Notes under the pieces: model-generated
What the model was told of the DNA's origin: nothing
Seen by the model: the letters and a program-made list of their open reading frames with translations, nothing else
Database searches by the model: none
Shown: positions 1 through 11,721 of the stretch, piece after piece
Position numbering within the stretch: the stretch's first letter is position 1
Layout: each line of letters starts with the position of its first letter
Source: Octopus vulgaris
Taxonomy: Eukaryota
Direction of reading: 5' to 3'
Assembly (NCBI GenBank): GCA_951406725.2
Contig: OX597816.1
Span: forward strand, 176,080,001 to 176,144,000
DNA: 64,000 bases
Program-made: the position numbers and the translations under genes

Positions 1-160
1 GACTTAAAGAGCTTGGTGTAGAAGTCTTCACAAACTTTTTCCATCTCGCTCTTCTCGTTGACCGGTATTCCATCTGTATTTTTCAGGGCCGTCACCTCCG
101 ATCTATATAGTACCATGTCCCTCTTGCATTTCTTGAGGCTCTTCTTTTCCACATGCGAAA
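1..160 (-). pseudogene. LINE ORF2 fragment (RTE-like, region between endonuclease and RT)
   Basis: Minus-strand translation ...KKSLKKCKRDMVLYRSEVTALKNTDGIPVNEKSEMEKVCEDFYTKLFK resembles the ALK..DG....E....DFY..LF linker of APE-type LINEs. Confidence 0.5.
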
Positions 161-477
161 AGGCAAAGCAGCAGTGGCTGGCTGGTCACGTGAGGACAAA
201 AGAGAGGAGAAAGGGACAGATGAGTAGAGAGAAAAGGGAAACAAGGGAGGAGAAGAAAGAGAGGGAAAGAGACAGATCGAGGGGAGTGTAAGGTATGAGA
301 GGCAGAGAAACGTAGGAGGGGGGGGGGGCGGATGAAGAGAGAAAGAAAGAAAGAAATATATGATATATACAGGATGCGATGAATAAATTGTTATCTAAAT
401 TACGCAAAAATGGAAATATCACTGACATCTCATTTTAACAGATATATTTACTACGATTACATAAAAATATCTTGATA

Positions 478-1832
478 TACTAATGAGTAAATTTATTTAA
501 TAAAATCGCCATTGGTTTCAACCACGGCCTCTAAACGACTTCGAGATCCCATGCAACTCTTCTAGACGGTCTTCTTGTTGCTGGATGCTGCCATAATCCT
601 TCAGTTCATCTTCGGTGTTACAAGGAGTTATGTTAGTCTCTTACTCAACTGCGCCCCACATAAAAATCAAGGGGGTTTGCAGTCTGGGGAGTTAGGCGGC
701 CAAATGTCAAGAGCGATGTGGTCGCAGAAATTGTTTGACAGCCATGACTGGGTTCTCCTGCTTGTGTGACATGGTGCAGAGTCCTGTTGACAGATATAGG
801 GTCTTCCAGCAGTCACCCTCTTGACCCAGAGCAGCATTACCTCCTCCAGGTACTTAATGTAGGCCTCCGTGTGGAATCTGAGGCCGTGTTGAAAGATGAA
901 TGGAAGTATAACGTTGTGATCACTCCAAACACCACGATGTTGACTGAATTTTTGATTTTTATCACCCTCGGTACATGTCATGGGGACACGGCAAGCCAAT
1001 TGTTGTTCTGTGTGTTCACAGAATGGATGATTGAGTTTGTTCAAAAGCTTCGTAACGCGGTTTTACCTCTTGTTCTCGATGGCTTGTGATAAAAATTGGC
1101 CCTTTCTCATCTTGTATGAGGAATACCTATTTCTTTATTACCCACAAGGGGCTAAACATAGAAGGGACAAACAATGACAGACATAGGTATTAAGTCGATT
1201 ACATCGACCCCAGTGCGTAACTGGTGCTTAATTTATCGATCCGGAAAGGATGAAAGGCAAAGTCGACCTCGGCGGAATTTGAACTCAGAACGTAACGGCA
1301 GACGAAATACCGCAAAGCATTTCGTCCGGCGTGCTAACGCTTCTCCCAGCTCGCCGCCTTGTATGAGGAATACCGAATGTCTTCATGCACTACCTACCTG
1401 ATAAGGAACTAAAACTCTCCCATGTCTCTGACGATGGACCTGATTGATTTGGAGGGATCATTGTCAATCATGGCCTGAATCTCACCAACAAATTCAGGAG
1501 TTCTTTTCTTATCAGAACGATCAGAGTGAGTTTTCCAAACTGCTGTACCTTCGTAATCCCCATTAGACCCATCCAACTCTTTCTGAATCCTCTGCACTCT
1601 CCTCAGATTGACATCCAAACACTCTTAAATATTTGTATTGGAGCTTCCGGTGCGAATGCCAAGCAGTCGTTTCCAAATTTCTGGCAGAGTAAATTTTGTA
1701 ATGGTGGTGCTTTTTCACAGACGGTGCTCAACTGAACCTACTATACTGTGTAGTCAACAAAATCAAAAACAAACAATGCACATGCGCAAAATTAAAAATT
1801 ATAAAATGGCGACAATTTACTCATCGCACTGT
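478..1832 (-). mobile_element. Decayed Tc1/mariner transposon, DD37D (maT-type)
   Basis: ORF 667-1044 has QQDSAPCH...WPPNSPDC; a 1-bp frameshift correction restores NPLD, with 37 residues between the last two catalytic Asp. N-terminal HTH remnants at 1409-1618; ATGAGTAAATT shared in inverted orientation at both ends. Confidence 0.85.
1128..1358 (-). mobile_element. tRNA-derived SINE (Meta-domain-like core) inserted into the DD37D element
   Basis: Minus-strand head with B-box GAGTTCAAATTCC and core GCCTTTCATCCTTTCCGGATCGATAAATTAAG; flanking direct repeat CTTGTATGAGGAATACC at 1111-1127 and 1358-1374 (TSD). Confidence 0.9.
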
Positions 1833-1901
<69 letters not shown>

Positions 1902-1902
1902 G

Positions 1903-2720
1903 AATAATAATAATAAAAAAGGAAAAACCTTTGTTGCTGCGCACCTAATTAGTGCTCAATATGAGCAAAATATAATAAAAATCAAAGTGGATAATAGATT
2001 TTCGTAGGTCAAGTTCCTTTATCATTGGAATACAAAATACATTAAAAAATTCATTGAGATATTAGGTTTCAAGTATTCTAATATTACAATCCGAAGAAAA
2101 GCAGCATTAAAAAACCTTACGATCGTTTCTAGGAATACGTTTGTGTTGGGCAAGATTTGCAGCCGATTTTAGATTGTTTCCACTAAATTCTGCATATATG
2201 GATTCACCTTATTTTAATTATTCACTATCTTTAATTATCAGCAATCCAAATGTCCCGAAATTTGAATCCTTATATTATTCTATTTTTACAAATATTCTTA
2301 GTTTCAATTTTATTCGCACAAATGTTTTACTTCACAACTTTTTCCACTTCACAAAGCCTTTCTACATCCTTGCGAACTTTTTTATATACACTATAACATT
2401 TTGTAAAGAACATTACCTGATAAAACTTCAAGTTCTGTAAGTAGGAGATATTTTAAGCTTTCTCAGTTTTTCAACAATTTTAATCGATTTATTTCTACCT
2501 CTGATGAGAGAAATGCGACTATTTGTATCGGCTGGAAAACATGCCCAATACAAGCGCATTTCTCGAAACGATCGTAATTTCTTTGGATTGTAATATTGTA
2601 GCGCTTGAAACCTAACATCTCGATTAATTTTTTTATGTATTTTGTATTCTAATGATAAAGGAACTTGACGTTTTACGTGGTAGCAGGGCGTGCTAGAAAT
2701 AGCAGCCAAATCTTTGGAGC
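1903..2720 (+). mobile_element. Non-coding fold-back element carrying a hammerhead (PLE pLTR-type)
   Basis: 2008-2167 is an imperfect inverted copy of 2527-2669; HHR core at 2501-2576. Confidence 0.7.
2497..2580 (+). ncRNA. Type I hammerhead ribozyme motif (stem I 3' strand deleted in this copy)
   Basis: acct-CTGATGA-gagaaatgcg...cgcatttctc-GAAA-cgatcg-TA: 10-bp stem II base, palindromic stem III; the inverted copy at ~2112-2128 retains the matching aggt strand. Confidence 0.8.
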
Positions 2721-2776
2721 TGAGATACGTTGAATGCATTCGAAAAAAATTTTGTAATGGTATTCCCTTGGAGCAA

Positions 2777-3229
2777 TCTTTCGCTTTGATTCTCAGAACT
2801 ATCATCTGGATCAGCTGATTTTGTTTGTTAATTTCCGTAAAATGTTTTATTTATTTACTCTTGTTTTATAGTGAAAGAGAGGAGAAAGTGAAAGGTGTAT
2901 GAACGTGTATATGAAATGGACGTGTGTGAGAGAGAGAGAAAGGAAGAGAGAGAGAGAGAGAGAGGAAGAGATAGAGAGGAAGAGAAAGAGTGCTACTTAC
3001 GCATACATGAGAACACACACGTTCACTCACTCCCCTCTCTCTTACACATGCACACGTACATACAAAAAGATGTACGCGTATGTATTGATGTATGTACGTC
3101 ATTTCATATACACGTACATACATCTTTCATTTTCTCCTCTCTTTCATTTTAAAACAAAAATATATAAATAAAAAATGTTACGAAATTAGCAAACTCTGGA
3201 TGACAGTGCTGAGAATCAAAGCGAAAGAT
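2777..3229. mobile_element. MITE-like fold-back element with ~140 bp imperfect inverted arms and a (GA)n/(CA)n interior
   Basis: ATCTTTCGCTTTGATTCTCAG at 2777 versus CTGAGAATCAAAGCGAAAGAT ending at 3229; arms ~2777-2923 and ~3096-3229. Confidence 0.7.
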
Positions 3230-3732
3230 CATTCACTTGAAAATAATTTTAAAAAAAAACATAAAAATATTGTATATTTAAAGAAAGCTAAAATATAAGT
3301 ACTTACTGCACAAACAATTTACGTTTTTGAAATAACATTCAGTTTAAAATATTTCTAAATGATTAAAATACTGTGAACGTCAAAAAGTCGACGTTTATTT
3401 TCTTAGAAAGCGCGATGACTATTATGTGTATATGTCACAGATAGCTGACGTGTGTTTGTGCTGATTGACATGCCATGACATTCATTATATATGTGTGTAT
3501 GTATGTTGACGTCACGGTAGCCATGTTTTTTCGTCAAAAAACAACAAACAAAAATTGTGTGTAATCGTTTTCATTAATGAATAGAGGGCCAAATATCACA
3601 AAAATATGTACTGCACTGCCGAAGGTAAATATGAAAATAAATATGCAAACAAATTAAGATAAAATATACTATTTCTGAGATATTTCGGGCACAAACAAAT
3701 ATCTTCTAGAGTTTTAGTATTATTAAGATAAG

Positions 3733-3942
3733 TATGTCATCATTCAGTTTTACTTCAAGTTTTCTTGCCAATATGGAAAGATTCAAGGCTCCTTCATTGG
3801 AATTTCAACAACACCAACAGGGTATTTTTATATGTATGTATGTATGTATACGTATAGATTTATGTTTTGTTTTATGTATGCATTTCATGCATATAGTTGC
3901 ATATCTAGACATGCTCATATATACTTAACTGATAAACTTCTG
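3733..3942 (-). mobile_element. 3' UTR fragment of the (CATA)n-associated Dong/R4 LINE family
   Basis: Homologous to 11722-12190 and to 45878-45970 plus 48590-48690 (TTGGAATTTCAACA, CTAGACATGCTCAT, GATAAACTTCTG). Confidence 0.75.
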
Positions 3943-3954
3943 AATTATAGATAA

Positions 3955-5713
3955 CTAGCATTATGACCCGGCGTTGACGGGTCATAGTGCTAGTGCATGT
4001 ATATATGTGTACATATTACATGTAAATCTATATATATACATCTACACATAAAATAAAAAATACAAAGTTATGTCTTGATATCGCTAGTGATAACCATACT
4101 CAAAATATATAACAGACTGGAATTGTAGGCCCGTCTCTTGCAATTTCGATCAATTGTATCTTGTCCTCTATCTTGTATAGAAGAGTGGCTACAATCCAGC
4201 CTACTTCTACTTCTGGGGGGGACATTTTAAATTTTTATCCGGGACGTCCTACGTCCCAGATATAAAGGTAAAAATAAAATATTTCCACTTTGCAAGGTTC
4301 GAGTCGAGTACTCCCTTGCACACTTCGTTGACTCGGACCTTGCTTCTATTGTGGCGAATTTACCGCCTCTGGTTAAATACTTGATATCTTTCATAGTCGA
4401 AACCAAGACACTTTTCAATGGTGCTTTCCTCCAGGTGTTCAAATCTTTTTTTCTCTACATTGTATACTTTATAGACCATAGTCTTTTCTTTAATTTAATT
4501 TTTTATTTCGTTTGGTGGTGTTATCCTAGATTCACCAACTTTGTCGGTGATCAATCCGAAATAGGTTTGTATTTCTTCCATTTTAATTTTAATGAGTTCG
4601 CGTCCGCCGACGGCTGCAGCGAAATTCATTTTTGGACTTTTTTCTATCGAAGACATTTTAACAAAAATGCTTCCGTATAAAAGGTGAAAATATTGTCAAT
4701 TTCCCCAAACAGGGCCACAATTCAATTTTTAAACAATAACCAAAGCTCCTTCTTCCAAAGGGGGTGGGTTACGGTTTACAATTATTTAACAAATGCAACA
4801 CAACAACACTTCCCTTACGAGGAACCAACAAACGTGATAACAATAGTTAAACAGTAATAATAACAACAACAAACCTTACGGTGAATCAAAAAGTAGTACT
4901 CAGTTGAAGCTATAGTCTTTTATGGATCAGAAATAAACCAACAGCAGTACTCAGTAGAAGCGGCTGTTCGATAAAACAGACATTACATACAGCCAAACTT
5001 CATATAGATACTTAATGAAAGCTAATTAGCAGATAATCTAATGTAAAAGTCGTGGTAAAGGGTATGTGCACAGCTCCATCTGGACTATTCCATTTCTGCA
5101 CTTAAATTTTATTTTTTATTTATTCCCATTCATGCGAAACCATTTATTCAAGTTCAAGTCATTGATGCAATTTTATGCCAATTGCTATTTTACTTTTAAT
5201 TGTTATGTTATGATTTAATTATTATATTATACTTTAGTTTGATTTTAATTATTACTTACTACATATAATTCAATTGTTATTATTATCTCTAATTTTTATT
5301 GTTAAAGTGAAAGTATCTAACATAAAATAGCGAAATGTTTTTGTTTCATTTTTAACACGTAATACTGAAATAGTGGATAAGATATGATATTGCTATGGGC
5401 TCACTCTAGGCAAGAAGTTGAACATTTTTTTGGCCCATGAAACTACATGGACCCTAAGTAAGGCATGTGTAAATTTTGAATGAAATTGGTTGTGTAGTTC
5501 TCAAGTTTTAGGGAATCGTAGTGGAGAAGATATGATATTGCTGTGGGCTCGCCCTAGGCAAAAAGTTAAAAACTTTTTTGCCGATGACACTCCCCGGACC
5601 CTAAATAAGGCATGTGTAAAATTTAAATGAAATTGGTTGTGTAGTTCTCAAGTTTTAGGGAAACAGACAGAGAAACAAACAGACACACATTCTCAGTTTT
5701 ATATATAGAGAGA
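3955..5713 (-). mobile_element. Non-autonomous Helitron, copy 1
   Basis: Minus strand starts TC(TC)TATATATATAAAACTGAG and ends with hairpin GACCCGTCAACGCCGGGTC then CTAG|T; second copy at 16359-17704; internal ~145 bp tandem duplication (5369-5660). Confidence 0.85.
4115..4656 (-). pseudogene. Captured LINE ORF1-like (Tx1/L1-type) N-terminal fragment inside the Helitron
   Basis: One frame of ~180 codons with two stops: MSSIEKSPKMNFAAAVGG...YLGRRTSRIKI*NVPPEV; FAAAV and ..I.NVPP motifs resemble Tx1/L1 ORF1. Confidence 0.55.
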
Positions 5714-6159
5714 TGATATATGTACCTTTGTGTTATTCGTTTTATTACACTAGTATTAGGAATGTGAATAGCAAGAATTTAACTTTGAAATGACAGGTAG
5801 TACACTAATACTAGGATCCGTTATTTCCTTATACATAATTTACAATAATTCCATTTCAGGTACACATCTTCTTGTTACAAACATGTTTGTCTATAATCTA
5901 AAATGAATTTCTATTAATATCCTATCTTTATTATACTTTACCATGAAAAAACAATCGCACAAGCTACTATCAATCTACGAGAATTAGACTTAATTTTCCG
6001 AGTTTCAATTTAACCTTCTCCCACCATAACCACTAAATTCTGAACGGCATCTCTCCCCTCTTCTCTTTAATTTTAATCTTTAACATGGGTATATTGCACT
6101 GTGTCTAGTACTTAATTGCTTTTATTTTGTCTTGTGTTCAATTCTGGTAATAAATATCA

Positions 6160-6460
6160 TATTTAATTATTATATTATACTTTAGTTTGATTTTAATTAT
6201 TACTTACTACATATAATTCAATTGTTATTATTATCTCTAATTTTTATTGTTAAAGTGAAAGTATCTAACATAAAATAGCGAAATGTTTTTGTTTCATTTT
6301 TAACACGTAATACTGAAATAGTGGATAAGATATGATATTGCTATGGGCTCACTCTAGGCAAGAAGTTGAACATTTTTTTGGCCCATGAAACTACATGGAC
6401 CCTAAGTAAGACATGTGTAAATCGCTAGGCATGTGTAAAAGGCATGTGTAAAATCGCTAA
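6160..6460 (+). repeat. Near-identical local copy of Helitron-internal segment 5213-5473 with a stuttered right junction
   Basis: Direct sequence match; followed by ATCGCTA-GGCATGTGTAAAA-GGCATGTGTAAA-ATCGCTA. Confidence 0.85.
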
Positions 6461-6600
6461 TTAAAATCTTAATGTATTTCCACTCCTTTAACGGTCATTA
6501 TTACCTATGTTTGTTTATCTCATTCAAGACCAGCTTCGGCTGGCGGCTAGGTGAGTTCCCACTGCGTTCATGAATTGTTGTATTGTTTTGAAATTATATC

Positions 6601-6686
6601 TATCATCTGATGAAAACGGTTTTTTGCAATGATCTATTAAAATCGCAATTCATCTATCAAAATGCGCTAGAAATAGCTATAAATGA
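6601..6686 (+). ncRNA. Degenerate hammerhead motif
   Basis: tcat-CTGATGA...GAA-ATAGCTAT-A-aatga: palindromic stem III, but stem II pairs poorly. Confidence 0.4.
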
Positions 6687-7062
6687 ACGGACATTTATCC
6701 ATCGTCTCTTGTTTATTTATTTATTTGATTTAGATTAACCCTAAAAGGGATTCATGACCCGTCCAACAGTCTAGAGTATACCAAAAGCCGTGTGATCAAC
6801 ACAACGTGCGCTTTGGACTAGCTCCTAGGCGTTAAATATTCGTAAGGGTTAAATTCTCTGCATATTTTGAATATTTTACTGGATGTACTTCAGTACCCAG
6901 TATATTTATTCGACCAAAGGTGGTGCTTACAGGTTAATTCAACCCAACCTGGTGCATATCATTTGAGTACCTGATTCTTTCCAGAATCCTTAATATTGTA
7001 TGTATATATACATATGTGAGTGTGTGCGTGCATGTGTGTTTGTGCGCGCGCTTGGATATATT

Positions 7063-7224
7063 AGGAGCAGGTGTGGCTATGTGGTAAGAAGTTTCCTTCC
7101 CAACCACATGATTGGGGTTCAGTCCCACCGCGTGGCAACTTAAGCAAGTGATTTCTACTGTAGCCTCGGGCTGACCAAAGCCTTGTAAGGTGATTTGGTA
7201 GACGGAAAGCGAAAGAAGTCCGTC

Positions 7225-7227
<3 letters not shown>
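7063..7227 (+). mobile_element. tRNA-derived SINE 5' half ending in (TA)n
   Basis: A-box-like TGGCTATGTGG, B-box-like GGTTCAGTCCC; homologous to 29830-29995. Confidence 0.8.
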
Positions 7228-7289
<62 letters not shown>

Positions 7290-7297
<8 letters not shown>

Positions 7298-7570
7298 TAT
7301 ATAACTGAGAATGTCTGTCTGTATGTGTGCATCACTAAAACTCGAGAACTATCCAACCGATTTCAATCAAATTTTGCACATACACTACTTAGAGTCCATG
7401 GAGTGTCATGAACCAAACAACGTTCAGCTTCTTGCCTAATGAGAGCTCGGATCAATCTCTTAGACGATTTCGGTATTACGTGCCAAAAGTGAGACAATAA
7501 CATCTCTATTGTAATGTGAGATAATAGTTTCCGTTTTAATAGTTTCCCTATGAAAAATTTCACTATGTAT
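7290..7570 (+). mobile_element. 5' fragment of a related non-autonomous Helitron
   Basis: ATATAACTGAGAATGTCTGTCTG...CTAAAACTCGAGAACTATCCAACCGATTTC matches the 5' end of the 3955-5713 element. Confidence 0.6.
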
Positions 7571-7688
7571 ATAATATATACATAGTGAAACTATTATATC
7601 ACATTACATATATACATGCATACACACACATATATTTGTATGCATGTATTTATGCGTATATATACAAGCACATGTAAATGTATGTATG

Positions 7689-7769
<81 letters not shown>

Positions 7770-7924
7770 TAGAAAAAAAACACCTTTTATCAATTCAAAA
7801 TGAACAATTAAATTACACCATCTAGAAAATTACATATAATAGAAAAATTAAAATTAAAATAACAATAAAATGTAAAGATTAAGTAATTGCAAAAATATTA
7901 ATAAAAACGTATATATTAGGTAGA

Positions 7925-8014
7925 AAACGACACGTGTTTCGCGGCTATATTTAAGAAATGATTATAGTAGTAGAGAAATCACTTCGATATAAATGTAGTC
8001 GCTCATCAGGTTAA
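7925..8014 (-). ncRNA. Type I hammerhead ribozyme motif in a ~290 bp AT-rich unit between (TA)n arrays
   Basis: Minus strand: aac-CTGATGA-gcgactacattta...taaatatagccgc-GAAA-cacgtg-TC-gtt. Confidence 0.8.
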
Positions 8015-8055
8015 AAATAAACTAGAACAATAAAATAATTAATTAATAAACATAC

Positions 8056-8141
<86 letters not shown>

Positions 8142-8434
8142 ATATATGTATATGAAAATCCTAAATATACATAAGTGAAAAATAAAATAATACTTAAATA
8201 ATTAAATACTTTAAAATGAAATAAAATACACAAAGCTAGTACAAGTCATTAAATTGTAATCAAAATAAGAAATGGTTCAAATATAGACAAACTCCTTAAA
8301 TAAGCTAACCATATAATAAATATATATATGTAGAATCAATAGATTTAATATAACAATCTATAACAAATTTGACTAAATATCAAATAATATAAAACCTAAT
8401 TAACTTAAATTTAGTATTACAAATACATAAGCCA

Positions 8435-8505
<71 letters not shown>

Positions 8506-9137
8506 CATATTAAATAAATAAAGAAAAAAAGAGAGAGAGATATATATATAATAATTAATATCTATCGTAAGTAATATCTATCAATATATATAAAAATGTA
8601 TAAAAAAATATAATAGCGAGAATAATATGTTAATGGAAAGTAAGAAACCTATCAACCCCAAATTAAAGAAAGGTGCAAAAATATTAGAACCAAAGAACAA
8701 TACACTATGAAGATGTACAATCACAATCAGAAGTCCTCTACCAAACCAGTCAATAACAAGAACAATAATAACAACGATCAAAGTCAAAATAATAGCAAGA
8801 ACTAACTAATATTGATAAGCAAACTAAATTACTAAGTTCAACGATTCTGATCAATCTATCTAGATTTTAAAATGATAAGCGTCTAATTAATCAACTCAAT
8901 CGATTCCATTCATGAAAAATACAATAAAAAATTTGAAATAGTACAAATACACTCAAATCCATTATTTAAACTCGTTATATTAATATCCATGTATAATATC
9001 TATAGATTTAATATATCACACGATAAAAAAGTTAAACCTGCATATATATATATATATATATAGATATGTATGTACATATATGCATACATATATATGTATG
9101 CATTATATATGATATATGTGTATATATCACATATACC

Positions 9138-9188
<51 letters not shown>

Positions 9189-9189
9189 G

Positions 9190-10525
9190 AAATTAAGACA
9201 AGTGAGAAAATGCTAAAATATTTTTTTCTGAAATCCATTTTAGTACCGGTTTCCGTCATTTTAGACTATTTTCAACTAAGAGTAAAATAAGAAAAGCAAT
9301 TAAATTGGAGAAAAAATTAAGTGAAATGTTTTGTAGATATTTTCTTAGTGTTTGAATAGGCAAATATTTCCATAGTTTTCAAGCAGTCTGTTTGTATGTC
9401 TGTCTATCTGTCCCTCTCTTTCTCTATTCCTTTGTGAATGCCTGGTAGGTAGTAAATTTGAAGGAATAGTTTGGGTACAGACAGTTGAAGGCTTAAGCAG
9501 GAGCATCCGAGGGAGGAGAAAAAGAAGAAGAAAAAGAAGAAGAAAAAGAAGTAGAAGAAGGAGGAGGAGGGAGGAGAAGATGAAGGAGGAAGAGAAGTGG
9601 TGAAAGAAGAGGGAAAAGGAGAAAGAAAAGAATATAAAAATATAGGAGTGCTGTGCCACAGTAAATTGTTTGTGGAATCTTCTTCTATGGTCAAATGACC
9701 TAAACGTGGCGTGTTGTGGTGGGAAAGTTCTGAATTCTTGTTGTAGTTCCATCTGTGGTTGCAGAATTCAAAAAATGTTTATATTTTGTGATAAAGTATG
9801 CTTCTTTGCTGATACACTGACTATAATTGCATTGTCCCTAAATTTATAGAGGAGAAAAATTCTGAAGTTGCGTTGTTCGTTAGTGGCGCAGATATCGATG
9901 TGCTTGCTTAATCCTATTTTTCTGTATTCTCGTATTTTAATTTGGGATGTATGTTCCGTCATCCCCTGACGTAAACTGTTTTTAGTTTGACCAATATATT
10001 GTTCGTGACACCCCGAGCAAGTTAATACATACACAAGGTTTTCCGAAGCACATATGAAGTTGCTTTTCACTGTGAAACGTTCACCCTGTTTGAAAGAAAA
10101 TTCCGCTCCCTCAATTAGGTTGACACATACATCACAGGTTTTCCGCAATTTTTTATTGTCAGTTTCGATGTTGTTGACGAGTGTACTTGGGCCTGTGTTA
10201 GAAGACTTTTCATTGACTTACGTTGTCTTTTGTTCTTTCTGATGGAGTGTGTTTGGAGGATTTGATCCACTCTATGGTCCCTTTTTAGTAAAGGGATGTT
10301 CTGAAGGATGGTGTCGAAGGCCTCATTGTTGAGGGGGTTGTGCGTGGATATGTATAGTAGAGCTTTTTATTGTAAATACTTCTTTAGTTTGGGGTGTTTG
10401 AGTTCGTGGATGTTGAGTTGCGGGGTTCGTTGAAAGCCTATATCAATTAATGATGGTGGGTAGTTCCTGCTGATAAGTGTATCCTTTAGTTCGTGTAGTC
10501 GTGTGTCTCTGGTTCACGCATCAAC
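9190..10525 (-). mobile_element. Penelope-like element 3' portion (thumb, CxxC linker, GIY-YIG endonuclease, 3' pLTR)
   Basis: ORF 9768-10148 has CDVC...FICASENLVYVLTCSGCHEQYIGQT; degenerate HHR at 9239-9279 (ttag-TTGAAAA...GAAA-ccgg-TA-ctaa); ends at (TA)n. Confidence 0.85.
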
Positions 10526-10539
10526 AGACGTATAAACGC

Positions 10540-10950
10540 ACGCACCAATCCAAACCTGCAACTCCCGAAACCCTACCATCTGCCTCTCAAGGGATGTAGT
10601 ATTCAGAATCACTCTTACACCATCCGATGGCAACACTTGGCACTATACGGGCAAGACAACCAATGACTTCAAGAGAAGATACTACCAGCACATGCATTCA
10701 TTTAGATCCATGTACATAGAACTTCAGCTCCCTGTCACGCTTTCTGTTGAGACTTCGTGGCCTCAGGGACAAAATACCTGGCATCAAGTGGACTATTGTC
10801 GACAGGACACCACCATGTTCATCAGACGCCCCTAATTACCAGCTGTGCCTCTGCGAAAAAACTGCATATCATTTACTAACCCGCAGTATCTATCAACAAG
10901 AAATATGAGGTATCGTATTACTGTCACCAGAGATACACCCTTTAGGTAAA
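10540..10950 (+). pseudogene. Naiad-type PLE GIY-YIG endonuclease remnant
   Basis: Fragments TCNSRNPTIC, YTGKTTNDFKRRYYQH, KWTIVD and QLCLCEK across frames. Confidence 0.6.
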
Positions 10951-11489
10951 TTTCGAACCACTGGTCGCCGACATGCCGGATATATCTCCTAAGTAACTGC
11001 TACCCTAGCACCGCCTGCACCAAGGTCACCGTCACAAATCAACTCCCATGAACAGCACCGCAAATCACCAATCCTCAACACTTTCCATACCTGTCTACTC
11101 GCATACCCTTGTACATCACCCCTTGTGCATGACCACGCGAGTATATGTGCAACCATTTCTATTAATACTCAATAATTTAATTACAAATTTGTACATTAAA
11201 TTTGAATTTTTGTGACATGAGCATAATTTCATCAGAGAAAAAGATGTACATAGAGGTGTTATATGCAGACCTATATGCAGAAATACTCCTCATTTTCTTT
11301 TCCTCATTTAACAATATATATATATATATATAATAGAAATATTAAAATTACTAAGTCTCTCTAAAAGAGAACAGCGGCAGCGTTCCCGGAAAATAATAGT
11401 TATCGCCATACTAATATGGCATTCTTATAAAAATAAGAATAAAGCTGTCCGCTTATTAGCTCCATGAGGCCTTCGCCTTAAGTTATATA

Positions 11490-11690
11490 TATATACTTAA
11501 ATGATTAACTTCTGGAAAGTTTTACAGATTTTTACAGTTCCAGTGATGGAACTGTTTTTCCTGAGCCTCTGTCTCTTTTGTGCATCAGGTATTTGGTTGA
11601 TATTTCCTGCTCCCGGATTGCAAACGCATACCCTTCAAAATGGGAAGTAGTGATCCGGTTGCTGGTCCATGATAGACTGCTTTGATGATC

Positions 11691-11692
<2 letters not shown>
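11490..11692 (-). mobile_element. Truncated, internally deleted Dong/R4 derivative
   Basis: FEGYAFAIREQEISTKYLMHKRD joined directly to the C-terminal ITGTVK motif; same junction as 12165-12360; 5' edge in (CATA)n. Confidence 0.75.

Positions 11693-11721
<29 letters not shown>

Noticed and set aside
6735-6852. piggyBac-like MITE (TTAA-CCCT...AGGG-TTAA)
   Set aside because: Inverted match is only 4 bp beyond TTAA; could be chance
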